Positions 1-11,340 of a stretch of 64,000 bases of DNA are shown piece by piece. Under the pieces are notes generated by a model. The model ran no database searches, was not told the DNA's origin, and saw only the letters and a list, made by a program, of their open reading frames with translations. How positions within the stretch are numbered: position 1 is the first letter of the stretch; each line of letters opens with the position of its first letter. Location: NCBI GenBank assembly GCA_964270895.1, contig OZ185440.1; one strand, written 5' to 3'. Source of the DNA: Podarcis filfolensis. Lineage: Eukaryota. The position numbers and the translations under genes are program-made.

Positions 1-1400
1 TAACTTTATAGTTTAAATTGTGTTTGAAAGGATTGATACAAGTGGAGACTGTTTCCCTCTAGAGGGAGCTTTTGAAACTGTTACAAGAGTGGAGCTGGGG
101 TTTTTCCAGCTGCAAGATAAGAACTGTGAGAATCAGAGATTGACCTTGGATCTTAAGAATGTCGACAGAAGGAGCCTTAGTGACTGTATTATGTAAGATA
201 AGCTATTTGTTGGAACAGCTCCACAAGAAGACGGATGTTATGAATACTAAACTTGAGACCTTGGGACAAAAAGTGATTAATTTGGGACAAAAAGTGATCA
301 CCAATACAGAAATTGTTCAGGATTTGACACAGGAACCTACTTTGACAGGACAAACTGGGGAGAAGACGAAGGAGAAAGTTGTTGTTGTTGAACCTAAAGT
401 AACACAAGTGGGAGCCCCAGCCTTTCAGAGGCAAATTGAGGACTATAAGTGGAGGCCTTTTATGATTGAATATAGAAAAAGTCAGAATTTGAAGATTGGA
501 GCCCTGCTTGGACTGGAGAAGGAAGGTTGGATAGACTCTTTCATGCAGGGATTTACTGACCTTTGGGTCCTGAATCTGGGTCAGGAGGTGATTGGAGTTG
601 TGGGGGCCTTTGGATCTGGAGGAGCCTTGAAACATGATTTGAGATATTGTATGGACCTTGGTTCTAGCTGTGGAGAGTTGGCTGGCCTGTCGAGAGGGAA
701 TGGGGGCACGGTTGGGTCAGGGCCCCCCCGAGACCTGCTCTTCAGCATCTCCAGCATCAAAGAATATGAAGAAAAACTGCAGAAGGGACTTGGAAAAGAT
801 TTAAGAGCCTCGGACAGAGGATCACCAGGTTGATGAACTATATGGAATGGACGGAAATGACTGGCAGAATCCGAGACCATGGAGAAGAGATGGTGGAAGA
901 AGATTGGGAAAGTTTAAAGTTTATATATAGAAATATTGTAAAATTAATGAGTGTTGGAAAATTGTTGGAATGAAACTTTATGGCTTTAGCAGAAATGTTA
1001 TAAGGAGTTAAGTATAAATAAGTACTTTAGTATTAATGGAAAATAAGGTTAAAATATGTTAAGGTATTCATAATGATAAAAATAGTGAAAGATGGAAAGG
1101 AATTGCTGAAATGTAACAGAAGTGGAATACAAAAAGGGAGGTGAGAGGAGGTCGATGAAATAAGGGAATGAAAGATAGAGTAATGAAATGGTATGGTATA
1201 TGTTTTTAAATTGTTGTTGTTTTGTTTTGTTTAGTTTAGTGTGTTAAGGTTGTGTTTTGTATTGCTTATATATTGTATTGTATTGTTTTTTCGTTTTTTC
1301 TTTTTTCTTTTCTCCTCTATTTTGTCTTTTTCTCTTGCCTTTTTTCTTCTTTTTTCTTTTCTTGTAAGTCTTAAAAGTAATAAAGATTATTTAAAAAAAT
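1..1400 (+). mobile_element. L1-derived ORF1-only (HAL1-like) retroelement, copy 1, 5' part cut off by window edge
   Basis: Colinear with the reverse complement of 48993-50850: same ORF and stop, followed by an ORF2 C-terminal remnant (MNYMEWTEMTGRIRDHGEE), a T-rich 3' UTR and an AATAAA/A-rich tail near 1378-1400. Confidence 0.8.
159..833 (+). CDS. Intact 224-aa ORF1-like protein of the HAL1-like element (coiled-coil N-terminal half)
   Basis: Open ORF with heptad-like repeat [24 protein letters not shown] resembles the coiled-coil/RRM junction of L1 ORF1p. A homologous disrupted ORF lies at 50033-50680 (-). Confidence 0.6.
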   Translation: MSTEGALVTVLCKISYLLEQLHKKTDVMNTKLETLGQKVINLGQKVITNTEIVQDLTQEPTLTGQTGEKTKEKVVVVEPKVTQVGAPAFQRQIEDYKWRPFMIEYRKSQNLKIGALLGLEKEGWIDSFMQGFTDLWVLNLGQEVIGVVGAFGSGGALKHDLRYCMDLGSSCGELAGLSRGNGGTVGSGPPRDLLFSISSIKEYEEKLQKGLGKDLRASDRGSPG

Positions 1401-1707
1401 AGATTTATTTTTAAGAAAAAGCAGCTGTAGGGCCTTGATCTGGAATCATACACTCCAAGTGACCTGTTTTAAGTGGGGCATACCGGATCACAGAAGCCTT
1501 CTGTTTGGATCCCGGAATGGTTTTTTGGTCTGGAGCTCTGGTGCAAGACACTTGCTCGAGCGCAAGTCAGCAGCGCCTTCCTGGCCGGCACTCCGGGGAC
1601 GACCCTGCTGACAACTGCCAGAGCGCCTGATCGAAAGGTGTGTCTCTCCTGACATCCCATAGGAAAAGGATTTGTGTGATTTAAAATAGACATATACTGT
1701 ACTGTAA

Positions 1708-1734
<27 letters not shown>
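1708..1734. repeat. (AC)n microsatellite
   Basis: Direct reading. Confidence 0.95.
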
Positions 1735-1738
<4 letters not shown>

Positions 1739-2231
1739 GAAATTACTTTGAGATACTTGGAGAGTGATTCCCTGCCCCCACTTTCACAGGGCCACTCTCA
1801 GAAGGAAATGACTTGGGGGGGGGAATGAGGTGTTCCTTACCTTTTAAATACAAGTCAAAAGACAGGAGGGGGTGGAGTGAGTGTTTTACTCTTGTGCTTA
1901 AAGGCATTAAAAACTACTAGAAAGGCTTACATGCACTTTTAAAGCTTTGTTTGTAATTCTAACTTCAGCAAAATCTTCCGGGGTACCACAATAAGCTGAC
2001 AGGGCAGAAGGAGGCATCTGTCTCAGAGACATGCAGCTAGAGCGTGCTCTTTTGTTTTCCATCAGTCAAATGGACCATAATAGAGCCTGATGGGCAACAC
2101 TGTCACATAACCAAAGCAGCTCTGCTTTTAGGTTTGATCCAGGAAAAGCTCCTCACTGTTCACTTCCCCAGGAGGTCTGTGTAATATTTCAACAGACACT
2201 GCAAGGCTTAGGGATGGGAGATCTTCCACTT

Positions 2232-3060
2232 TTGGTCTCCTCAAATCTCTTTTCTGATGAGAGCAGCTTTTGCATCTCATTTGGAAACCAGGGACCCAGA
2301 GTCTGGAGGAAGAATGGGGAGGCACACAATGCCAGATGCTTGAAGTCCAGTGTGAAGTTTCCACAGTCTGTGTTGATTTGGGGAGCCGTGTCATCAGCTG
2401 GTGTTGGTCCACTGTGCTTCATGAAGTCCAGGGTCAACACAGCCGTCCACCAGGAGATTTTGGAGCACTTCATGCTTCCTTCCACAGATGAGCTTTATGG
2501 GGATGCTGACTTCATTTTCCAGCAGGACTTTGGCACCTGCCCACACTGCCAAAAGTACCAAAACCTGGTTCTATGCCCATGGGATTACTGTGCTTGATTG
2601 GCCAGCAAACTCGCCAGACCTTAACCCCATAGAGAATCTATGGGGCATTGCCAAGAGAAAGATGAGAGACATGAGACCGAGCAATGCAGAAGAGCTGAAG
2701 GCTGCTATTGAAGCTTCCTGGTCTTCCATAACACCTCAGCAGTGCCACATGCCATGCCACATTGAGGCAGTAATTGATGCAAAAGGGGCCCAAACCAAGT
2801 ACTGAGTACATATGCATGCTTCTACTTCTCAGAGGTCCAATATTGCTCTATGTGCAGTCCTTGTTTTGCTGGTTTCATTTAATACTCTAATTTTCTGAGA
2901 TTGTTAATTTGGGGTTTTCATCAGCTGTACGCCATGATCATCACAATTATAACAAATAAAGGCTTGACATATCTCGCTTTGCATGTCATGAGTCTATCTC
3001 ATATATTAGTTTCACCTTTTAAGTTGAATTACGATATTCTAATTTTCCGAGTTTCACCTG
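2232..3060 (+). mobile_element. Tc1-family (DD34E) DNA transposon remnant, 5'-truncated
   Basis: Transposase motifs FSDES, WGAVS, FQQD and WPANSPDLNPIENLW, with 34 residues between the second D and E. A +1 frameshift near 2529-2531 splits the two ORFs. Stop at 2803-2805; right TIR ends ...TTTCACCTG followed by TA at 3061. Confidence 0.92.
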
Positions 3061-4586
3061 TATATGCATATTTGTACGTATTGCTTTGCTGAAGACCTGC
3101 TCTGCAAAATCAAGAAAAGTGTGATGTTTGAAAAATGACTGCATTTCAGTTTGCATATTGTTTTGGGACGTGAGAACTAGATAGATACACCTTTAGATGT
3201 GAAATGAATTGAATTCCTCCATCCTTAGTGGGAATGTCCAGTTTGGAGGCCAGGTAGAATTCTCTGCATGCACCTCTATACTTCCATGATTGTTAAAGCA
3301 TGTGGCAGACACATGGCACACAGCACCCTCTAGCTCTTTCACATACATACATGCAGTCACACACCAGACATGCAGGCATGTGTGCATGCACACCCACCCA
3401 CAAAATCAACATTTCCAGACCTTTCCATTCCCTCACTAGGATCTCTAATGAGCAGGCAGAGTGATCTCTCATCTCCAGTCTGAGCGCAAAGCACCACAGC
3501 ACTGAGATCAGACATGCCTGCTTTTTAGAGAAAGATCAGGGAGAGAGCTTATCTTTGATCTTAGTGCTGCTGTTGTACATAATGCTAAGATTAAAGATAA
3601 AGAGATCCATCTGCCTCCTCTTCAAGGGTAAAAGGCATCATTTCAGCTCACACCCACCACAGTGCTGGCTGGCGTGCAGGTGGGGAGGAAAGCCTCCCGG
3701 TGATCAGATGAAAAGGAGAGAAATAGTTGGGTCATCAACTTACTGATGTCCCCAACAGCCAGATCTCAGAATGACTTCATCTCACTTGATTCACTTGGAT
3801 ATTAAATAGCATGAGGGACATGATGTTAACTGTGCAGATCTTCGGAGGTCATTGACTTAGTCAATTTGTATGGGTCTTATGTTCAGAGTATGTCTCTTCA
3901 GTCACAAAAGTCTCTGTGAGAGGGAAAAGATCCTGGCTTTCTAAATTTATATTCATAGCAACAATATCCTTGCTCTGCTAGGGACCATTGGCTCCCTATG
4001 GCAACAGAACTATGTACTCAGCATGGAAGGAGAAATATGCTGGGGAGGGTCAATAGGACAAATACCTGTAAAAAAGCTACCTATCTCCTGAAGGATGAGG
4101 GACTCCATTAATTCCAGCAAGTTAAAGTCAGGAACACAGAGAAATGAACCTCCTACTGTTATTTATACCCATCTCCTTTACCCATGTTTTTCTCATATTT
4201 TCCTTACATCCAGGATATGATATTTCCACCTCTTCTGCCAGATGACATTCTCCTTCAAATCCCACCTTGAGTCGTTCTTCACACAATTTACCTTATATAC
4301 CCCTGACTTTTGCTTACCCTGTCTCCCTTCTCCCAGTTCATTTCTACCTTGTGTAGGTTACTTTAAAGAGGAATCACCAGGACTTGCGTCACTTGATCTA
4401 TAATATCATATTTCACATAGTAAGATTCTCCCCCCCCCCCACCTCCTCACTGCCCCGTCCTTGCTAACTCCTTCGCCTGCTTGGCTGGAAAGCTAGTGTG
4501 GCACTGCTGATAGCAGTCTTTGCAGAACTGTAATTATATCACAATCATAAAAGATGTGTGCCTTAATCCCTTCATGAAGGGAAGAA

Positions 4587-4828
4587 GAGTGGTACCTCGG
4601 GTTACAGACACTTCAGGTTACAGATGCTTCAGGTTACAGACTCCACTAACCCAGAAATAGTACCTCGGATTAAGAACTTTGCTTCAGGATGTGAACAGAA
4701 ATCGTGCTCCGGCAGCGCAGTGGCAGCAGGAGGCCCCATTAGCTAAAGTGGTGCTTCAGGTTAAGAAGAATTTCAGGTTAAGAACGGACCTCCAGAACGA
4801 ATTAAGTTCTTAACCCGAGGTACCACTG
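4587..4828. mobile_element. Tc1/mariner-type MITE (TIR CAGTGGTACCTCGG)
   Basis: TIRs AGTGGTACCTCGGGTTA / TAACCCGAGGTACCACTG with TA flank. A second copy in opposite orientation is at 56882-57123. Confidence 0.85.
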
Positions 4829-4830
4829 TA

Positions 4831-5667
4831 CAGTGGTGCCTCGCAAGACGAAATTAATTCGTTCCGCGAATTTTTTCGCCTAGCGAATTTTTCGTCTTGC
4901 GAAGCACAAAATCCCATAGGAATGCATTGAAAATCAATTAATGCGTTCCTATGGTCAAAAAAAGTCCAAACAAAGCCAAATTTGGTACAACAAGAGTTTA
5001 TTAAGTGCTCTTTAAAGTCACACATACTGTAAAGAGCATTTCAAAATTCAAACCCAGAATTTTTTTAAAAAACCGCAGAGTGGCCCAATGGTCACAGAAA
5101 ATCATAAAAATGCAGGAAAAAAACCACAAGCTTCCAGATTCTTGCAAACCCCTCCCCAACTGTTCCCCCAGCCACCCAGCACACAGAAATTCAAATCCAG
5201 AATTTTTTTTAAAAAACAGCAGAGTGCCCCAATGGTCACAAAAAATCATAAAAATGCAGAAAAAACACACACAAGCTTCTAGATTCTTGCAAACCCCTCC
5301 CCAACACCAAGTCCTTGAATTCCAAATACCCCAACCCAAAATCCAAAACCCCCCAAAAAAGTTTTAAAAGCTTAACTTACCAAATGGCTGCAAAAGAAGT
5401 TTTGGAAAAGCTTCAAAAATCACCAAAGTCTTTAAAAACCTCAAAAAAGGCTACTATGTACACTGCGTTCTATGAGTTGCTCCTCGAAGTCAAGTCGCAA
5501 CTGTATTAACGGTGTTAAGAAAAAGGAAACAAACTTGCAAGACGTTTTCATCTTGCGAAGCAAGCCCATAGGGAAATTCGTCTTGCGAAGCAGCTCAAAA
5601 AACGGAAAACCCTTTCGTCTAGCGAGTTTTCCGTCTTGCGAGGCATTCGTCTTGCGGGACACCACTG
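4831..5667. mobile_element. Non-autonomous Tc1/mariner (pogo/Tigger-like) element
   Basis: TIRs CAGTGGTGCCTCGCAAGACG / CGTCTTGCGGGACACCACTG, TA on both sides, subterminal GTCTTGCG repeats, internal 144-nt tandem duplication. Confidence 0.8.
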
Positions 5668-7391
5668 TATATGAATGCAAACACACACACACACACACAA
5701 CCTTCCAGTTATTTCTATAATCAGATTTTCATTACAGCAACTGCCCAAAAAAGTTCAGTAAATCATGCCTCAAAGCATTTACCCTCTGAAAAATATTATC
5801 TAAATCAAAGAAAGGGGTTGGAATAGATGCTCCTTGGGGCCCTCTCAACTCTGCAATTCTATGCTTCCATGATAAGATTAAAGCCCTGCCCAAGTCCTCT
5901 AGTTAACACACTGTTTTCCCTCTCATTTGTTTTCAACACTCCCCACACTTCAAGTCTATTGACACCAAATGATTAAATGTCTATTTTTGATCCTTTTTAT
6001 TCTTTACACCATCTGTGCTGTCTTTCCCCGCCCCCCTCTAAAGCCCACACTTGCTCTCTTCTCCCTTCAGACTACTTTTTAAAGCCGTGGTAAAAGCTCT
6101 GGGTATCTGCGCAAAGCAGAGCTGTCCTGCCACAGGGAGTCGGCTGCCTCAGGCAGATGGATGTTTGGGGGGGGGTGCGGCACCAGCTGCTCCCAGTACG
6201 TACGCCCAGTCTGAACCCTCTCAGCTACCTTCCTTGCACTCCCTAAGCGACACAGCTGCCTTCAGACACGGTGAAGGATGCTGTCCCTCTTGCCAGAAAA
6301 CCAGAATAAGATTCAGTTGCCAGTCTGGTCAGAGGCTGTAAGTGGAAGGGAGACAGGAGCGCCATCTTGCTCTTTGCCTGAGGATGCAAAATGTCTTAAG
6401 CCAATGCTGTGCCAAAATAACCCAAACTCTGAAGAAAGAAGTTCCAGCTTCTGGTATCAGAATAAGCAATGTATGTGAATCAAACACATTTGAATATATT
6501 TGTGCTTGTTTTGGAGTCATCATTTGAAAAAGAACCTGGAATATTTTTGCTCTGAGACCAACAGACATCTTAATTTAGTATCCATAGCATGAAAAACCCA
6601 GACTCTACAATTACCAAATGACTAGGACTGCAATTGTATACCTGGGAGTAAGCCCCATTTATTTCAGTACTTGTGCATGGACATGTCTAGGCATTTGTGC
6701 TGTAAATTTTTAAAAACCATAAATTTGTATTCTGCCCTTCATTCAAAAATCAAAGCGTGCTTCACAACATAAAAATACAAAATGGCAACACTAAATACAT
6801 AATAAAAACAAGCAGACAAAAACCCTTCCCACAAGCACATTTAAAAGGCCACAGGCAGTTTAATCATTCTGACAGTTTCCCTCGGCTGGCTCTCTTTTCG
6901 TGTGTGAGGGGGGGAATGAATGGCAGAGCCTCTTGCCCTTGGCTGAAAATAGCCTCCCCTCAGAATCCATGTTGAAGCCTCTCCATTAGCTGCAGGAAGG
7001 TGAAACAAAGAATATGCACTCCCTGCTTGTTTCTTGAGGAATTATCTAATTCCTCTTCTAACCCTTTTCCCCTCCAAGATAAATGCATTGAAGAAAATTG
7101 TAAATATGATGGAAGGCGGCCTGATCCTGAACCATGAACCTCTTGAGCTTCTCTGGAAATTAGATAGTAGTACTTGCTGTCAGCTACTGAAGCCCAATCC
7201 ATGTTTATTTTGATATTCTAGCCCACTTATCTGTGTTAAAGACATACTCAAGTGGGCATACAGAATAAAAATATAATAACAAAGGGTAGCTAAGCTACAA
7301 TTCTAAAAGCAGCAGCAAGAAATCCACAGTGGCAGCAGAACAGCACAACACACCAGGCTAAACACACTCAGTTAGGATATATATATGTATG

Positions 7392-7988
7392 CATACCCTC
7401 CAACGTTCCTCAGATGAAAATAGGGACATTTCTCACTCCCCCCCCAACTGACCCTCCTTGAATCCCCATTTTTGTCCCATCCCCCCACCCCCGCATTTCC
7501 TACCCAAAGAACAGTGAGTGCCACAACCACTTCACCAGTGGGACACAGCACACATGCTCTCCGCCGTTCTGAGAAAACCCCTCAATCCTATTTTATTTTA
7601 TTATTTAATAGATTTTTTAAAAAAATACACACTAACAAATACATTTTAGAAAGGGGCAAGATTGGAAGTGGACACACAAAGTATTTTTTTAAATCACGAC
7701 TTCTTGCACTCCAGTCCCCCTTTCGTCCTGCCCTCTGCCTGCCCCTCAGAGCTGGCACATCATGCAGGATCTCTCCTCCTCCTCACCCGCTCTCCAGCAG
7801 CCGCTCTGAGCTGCCCAAGTGAGGAGAGGCAACAGGGTGCTTCCCCACTGCTGCCATCACTCAGGACACCCAATTTGGTGGAAACACTGGCAGGGGAAAT
7901 AGGGACGTTCCAGGATAAAATCAGAAGCTTGGATGGCTTTCATAATTCCAGGACTCTCCCTGGAAAATCAGAACACTTGGAGGGTATG
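7392..7988. mobile_element. Unclassified MITE
   Basis: Perfect 12-bp TIR CATACCCTCCAA / TTGGAGGGTATG; subterminal ATAGGGAC motif occurs near both ends. Confidence 0.6.
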
Positions 7989-8344
7989 CTTATGTGTATG
8001 TATGTTAGGTTGTGGGTGAACATATCAGACGACACAGCGATTCTTCAAACAGCTCTTGTTTGTTCACAGGCCAGAACAGAACTGAACTGAAGGGTTCAGC
8101 CAATCTGCTTATATAGAGCTCCACTAGAACGCAACAGTAACCATTTTCTGTAAGTATCCAATCACTGAACGTCACTTTCGATCCCTTATTTGCATTTGGA
8201 CCTGAGTGAAAACTATCTACAGTATCCCCCTGCTGGCCCAGGGTGAGAACTTCAGTACATAACAATGTATGTATTTATATATACACCACCATTCTGAGAA
8301 ACAGTATATGAAGCAGCTAATAGCAAATCAAAATAGAAAAAGTA

Positions 8345-8582
8345 CAGTGGATGCTTGGGTTGTGAATGTGATCCATGCGGGAAGCACGTTCGCAACCCTC
8401 AGTGTCCACAACCCGCAGCGGCGTATCTGCGCACATGCGGGTTGCAATTTGGCGCTTCTGCGCATGCGCAATCGCCGAAACCCAGAAGTAACCCGTTCTG
8501 GTGCTTCCAGGTTTTGGCGGTTTTGGCGGTCCGCAACCCGAAAAAATGCAACCTGAAGCGTCTGTAACCCGAGGTATGGCTG
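8345..8582. mobile_element. Tc1/mariner-type MITE
   Basis: TA-flanked CAGTGG... / ...GCTG ends; internal segments (CTGAAGCGTCTGTAACCCGAGGTA) shared with the 4587 and 56882 MITEs. Confidence 0.7.
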
Positions 8583-9962
8583 TATTGTGAAATCCATGAA
8601 TCAATAGCAGATTGCAAAACTGCCCTGTGGCACTCAGAGCACATCTCAGCAAATGGGCAAATTAATATGGGATTAAGTAGTTTCATAAGGAACTGCCAGT
8701 AGGAGCTGTATAGTTACTGTTTTTAGCTGGCTCCTATGCTGCTACAGTAATATTTGAATAGCATGGAGCTTACATGATATGGCGTCTACTAAAACCAACT
8801 TTAGCACCCTCATTTTTGAGGAGAAGAAAGGGAGTGCTGTTGCTACCTACATGATTTTCTGGCCCAATATCCCTTGTTGAATGTGATCCCATCTTTCAGA
8901 CACCACCAGACAAGTGGTTTGGACCAGCCACTGGTGAAAAAGCAACCACAATGTTATAGCAACAAATTAAATCAGACTCAGATACAACATAAGTTACCTG
9001 GAGCCACCGCAGACATCTGTACAGCCTCTGTACACCAGCCTGGTTTGGCTAGAAAGGCTGGATCTCTGCCATCTGAACAATGGCTGAGGACCTGGATCCA
9101 GATCTACTTCCTGGCCCCGTATATCATTTTGTGGAAATCCTATTATGCTTGTTCGCCTGAACAGACCAAATTAAGGTTCACCAAGTGCTCCGATAGTACA
9201 ACCCTGTGCACTTGCATAACAGCCATTATCGTCTCTTTCCCTCTGAACCTCCTTTAGCAGCCATTACTCAGAAATTATGAGGGTTATTATGGTTGTGGTA
9301 GTGGAGCAGTGCTTCTGAAAAGTTCAAAGAGTATCTCTGGGACACTCTGTGCATACAATCTTAAAAAAAAGAAAAATATTGAAAAAATAACTCCCTAGCA
9401 TTTCAGTGCTTAAAATCTTTCATTGCTTGTCACAAGAGACTGTTGCCCCAGTGTTGTCAAGGAAGAGCTTAAGGGAAGGGAACGTGGCCAGGAAACATCA
9501 CATGTGAAATGCAAAACAACCTCTCTGCTCCAAATCTGCTATCAATAATGGATGGAGCAGCTAAGTGGGCGAGCAGCTCTTGCCTGCATGCACAAGGGCG
9601 CAGTAAAGGCCGCTAAAAAAACAAGGCCTGGAGCAGCGCGAAGAGGTGTAGCGGGTACACAAAAGCAGGCAAACTTGGTGACATGGTGTTAAACAGAGAT
9701 TTGTAAGGGGAAAGGGTTGATCCAGATATAGGTCAGGCAGCACAGAATGGTGGTCTTCCCACCCTGTTTTTCCTTTAATGCTGCATCTGCTTTAATGTCA
9801 GAGTGCAGGATTAAAGTGTCTCTGGGAACAACTACATTTTGGTCAGTGGGGTGCAGCTTTCCTACCAGCCGTCACACAGTGTGAGATTTTGGGTATTTTG
9901 TCTCCTCGTAAAGCACTGGCTAATTTCCAAAGAGAGAGGAGTCAGAGGACAGATTAGCAGAA

Positions 9963-9977
9963 AGAGAGAGAGACAGA

Positions 9978-10012
<35 letters not shown>
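9963..10012. repeat. (AG)n microsatellite
   Basis: Direct reading. Confidence 0.95.
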
Positions 10013-10080
10013 TCTATATGGGGTGGCGGTGATGTCCCCTCACTGCTGTCCTGATGAAAATCTCCCTCCATCAAGCACAA

Positions 10081-10163
10081 TAGCTGTCAACTTTTATCTT
10101 GCAAGGAATCCTATTCGGAATAAGGGAATTTCCCTTTTAAAAAAAGAGAAACGTTGACAGCTA
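10081..10163. mobile_element. Small hairpin MITE carrying GGGAATTTCC
   Basis: TIR TAGCTGTCAAC / GTTGACAGCTA; homologous copy at 17844-17956. Confidence 0.75.
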
Positions 10164-10839
10164 TGATCAAGCAGCTATTTATCCTGGGAAGAAAGCTTCC
10201 ATTGGCACAGGGTAAATTCCAGTGGCAAAGTGAATTTTCACTGGGACCACAGGTGGGGGAGGGAAAGTAAAAAATTTCTAGGCTTGGGAAGAGTTTTGAG
10301 GGAGCTGCGGGGGGGGGGGTACATCCAGCACCCAGGTCTAAGATCCCCCACCCCTGACCCACGGGCTCCCAAATCTCTTTGTACAAAGCAGGCAATACTG
10401 AGAAGTCAGCATGGTGGTAAAGAGGCACATTTCTGAACTTCTGGCTGACAAAGAAGCTGGCAGTTGAACTTCGGTTGATGGGATGCTGGAGTCAATTAGT
10501 GTGTTTATGTTGCTCCCACAGTAGAGTCCGTTAGTACTACTAAGGCATCGCTTTTCACGACTAGCTAGAAGTGGACCTGAAATGGAGATTCCATGCAGGA
10601 ACTTGATTTATTTCTGTCTTATCTAGCAATGTCCTTCCCCTCTGCCAAGATCCATCTTTAATGACTTCTCATAAGTAAGTGCCATTCAGAAAAGTTTTTC
10701 TCATTGGAGATTCAGCCCACCCATTGCTTGCCTGCTGCAACCTGACTAGGAGATTAATGCTGAACTGACTCTTCTGCTTGTCCTGCCGCTTTCCCTCCGG
10801 AAGCGGAACGAAGGTCAATAGGTTTTTTCTGCTAATTGA

Positions 10840-11340
10840 TGTTCTGATTCAGCAGTAATGGGACGATGGGACAGCAATGAGTGGTCAGAGGGAGAAGACT
10901 GGGAAGAGGAGGTGACAGAACCTGAAGAGGTAACAGGGTTTCGAACTGCTAAGTGGGCAGGAGCTGGAACCAAACAATGGGAGCTCACCTATCATGGGGA
11001 TTTGAACTGAGAGAAGTCCAGAAGCAGAAACAGGAGAGGAGGGAGGCCAAGAGGCAGAGATGAGCTAGGCTGATGAAGTGTCACAGTGTCTCCCCCTCCT
11101 GCTGCAACGAGCTCCCCTCCCCTCTTGTCTCCCAGAACCAGGAGAGGCATGAAAAGGGTGGAGGAGAGGTTGATTGTATGCAGCCACTCTTGCTTTCGGT
11201 CTCAGCAACCGATCCATGGGCCAAGACTTACCAGGGATGAGGTGTTGTGCTCATTAGGCCTGACACTCTGCCAAACCTGGGCTAATAAAGAGTTAACTCC
11301 AATTTGAACAGTGCAATTTATTGCCGGCTTGCTCCTGTCA
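10840..11340 (+). mobile_element. Putative degraded solo LTR
   Basis: TG...CA ends, purine-rich GAG/GAA first half and AATAAA near the 3' end, similar in composition to the LTR at 49092. No TSD identified. Confidence 0.4.

Noticed and set aside
5005-5367. Internally repeated K/N/P-rich ORFs
   Set aside because: A by-product of the 144-nt duplication inside a MITE.
10500-10680. Acceptor/donor-like pair (cccacag ... gtaagt) suggesting an unannotated exon or RGS8 tail
   Set aside because: No open frame or RGS motif; no RGS8 exon recognised anywhere in 1-19900.
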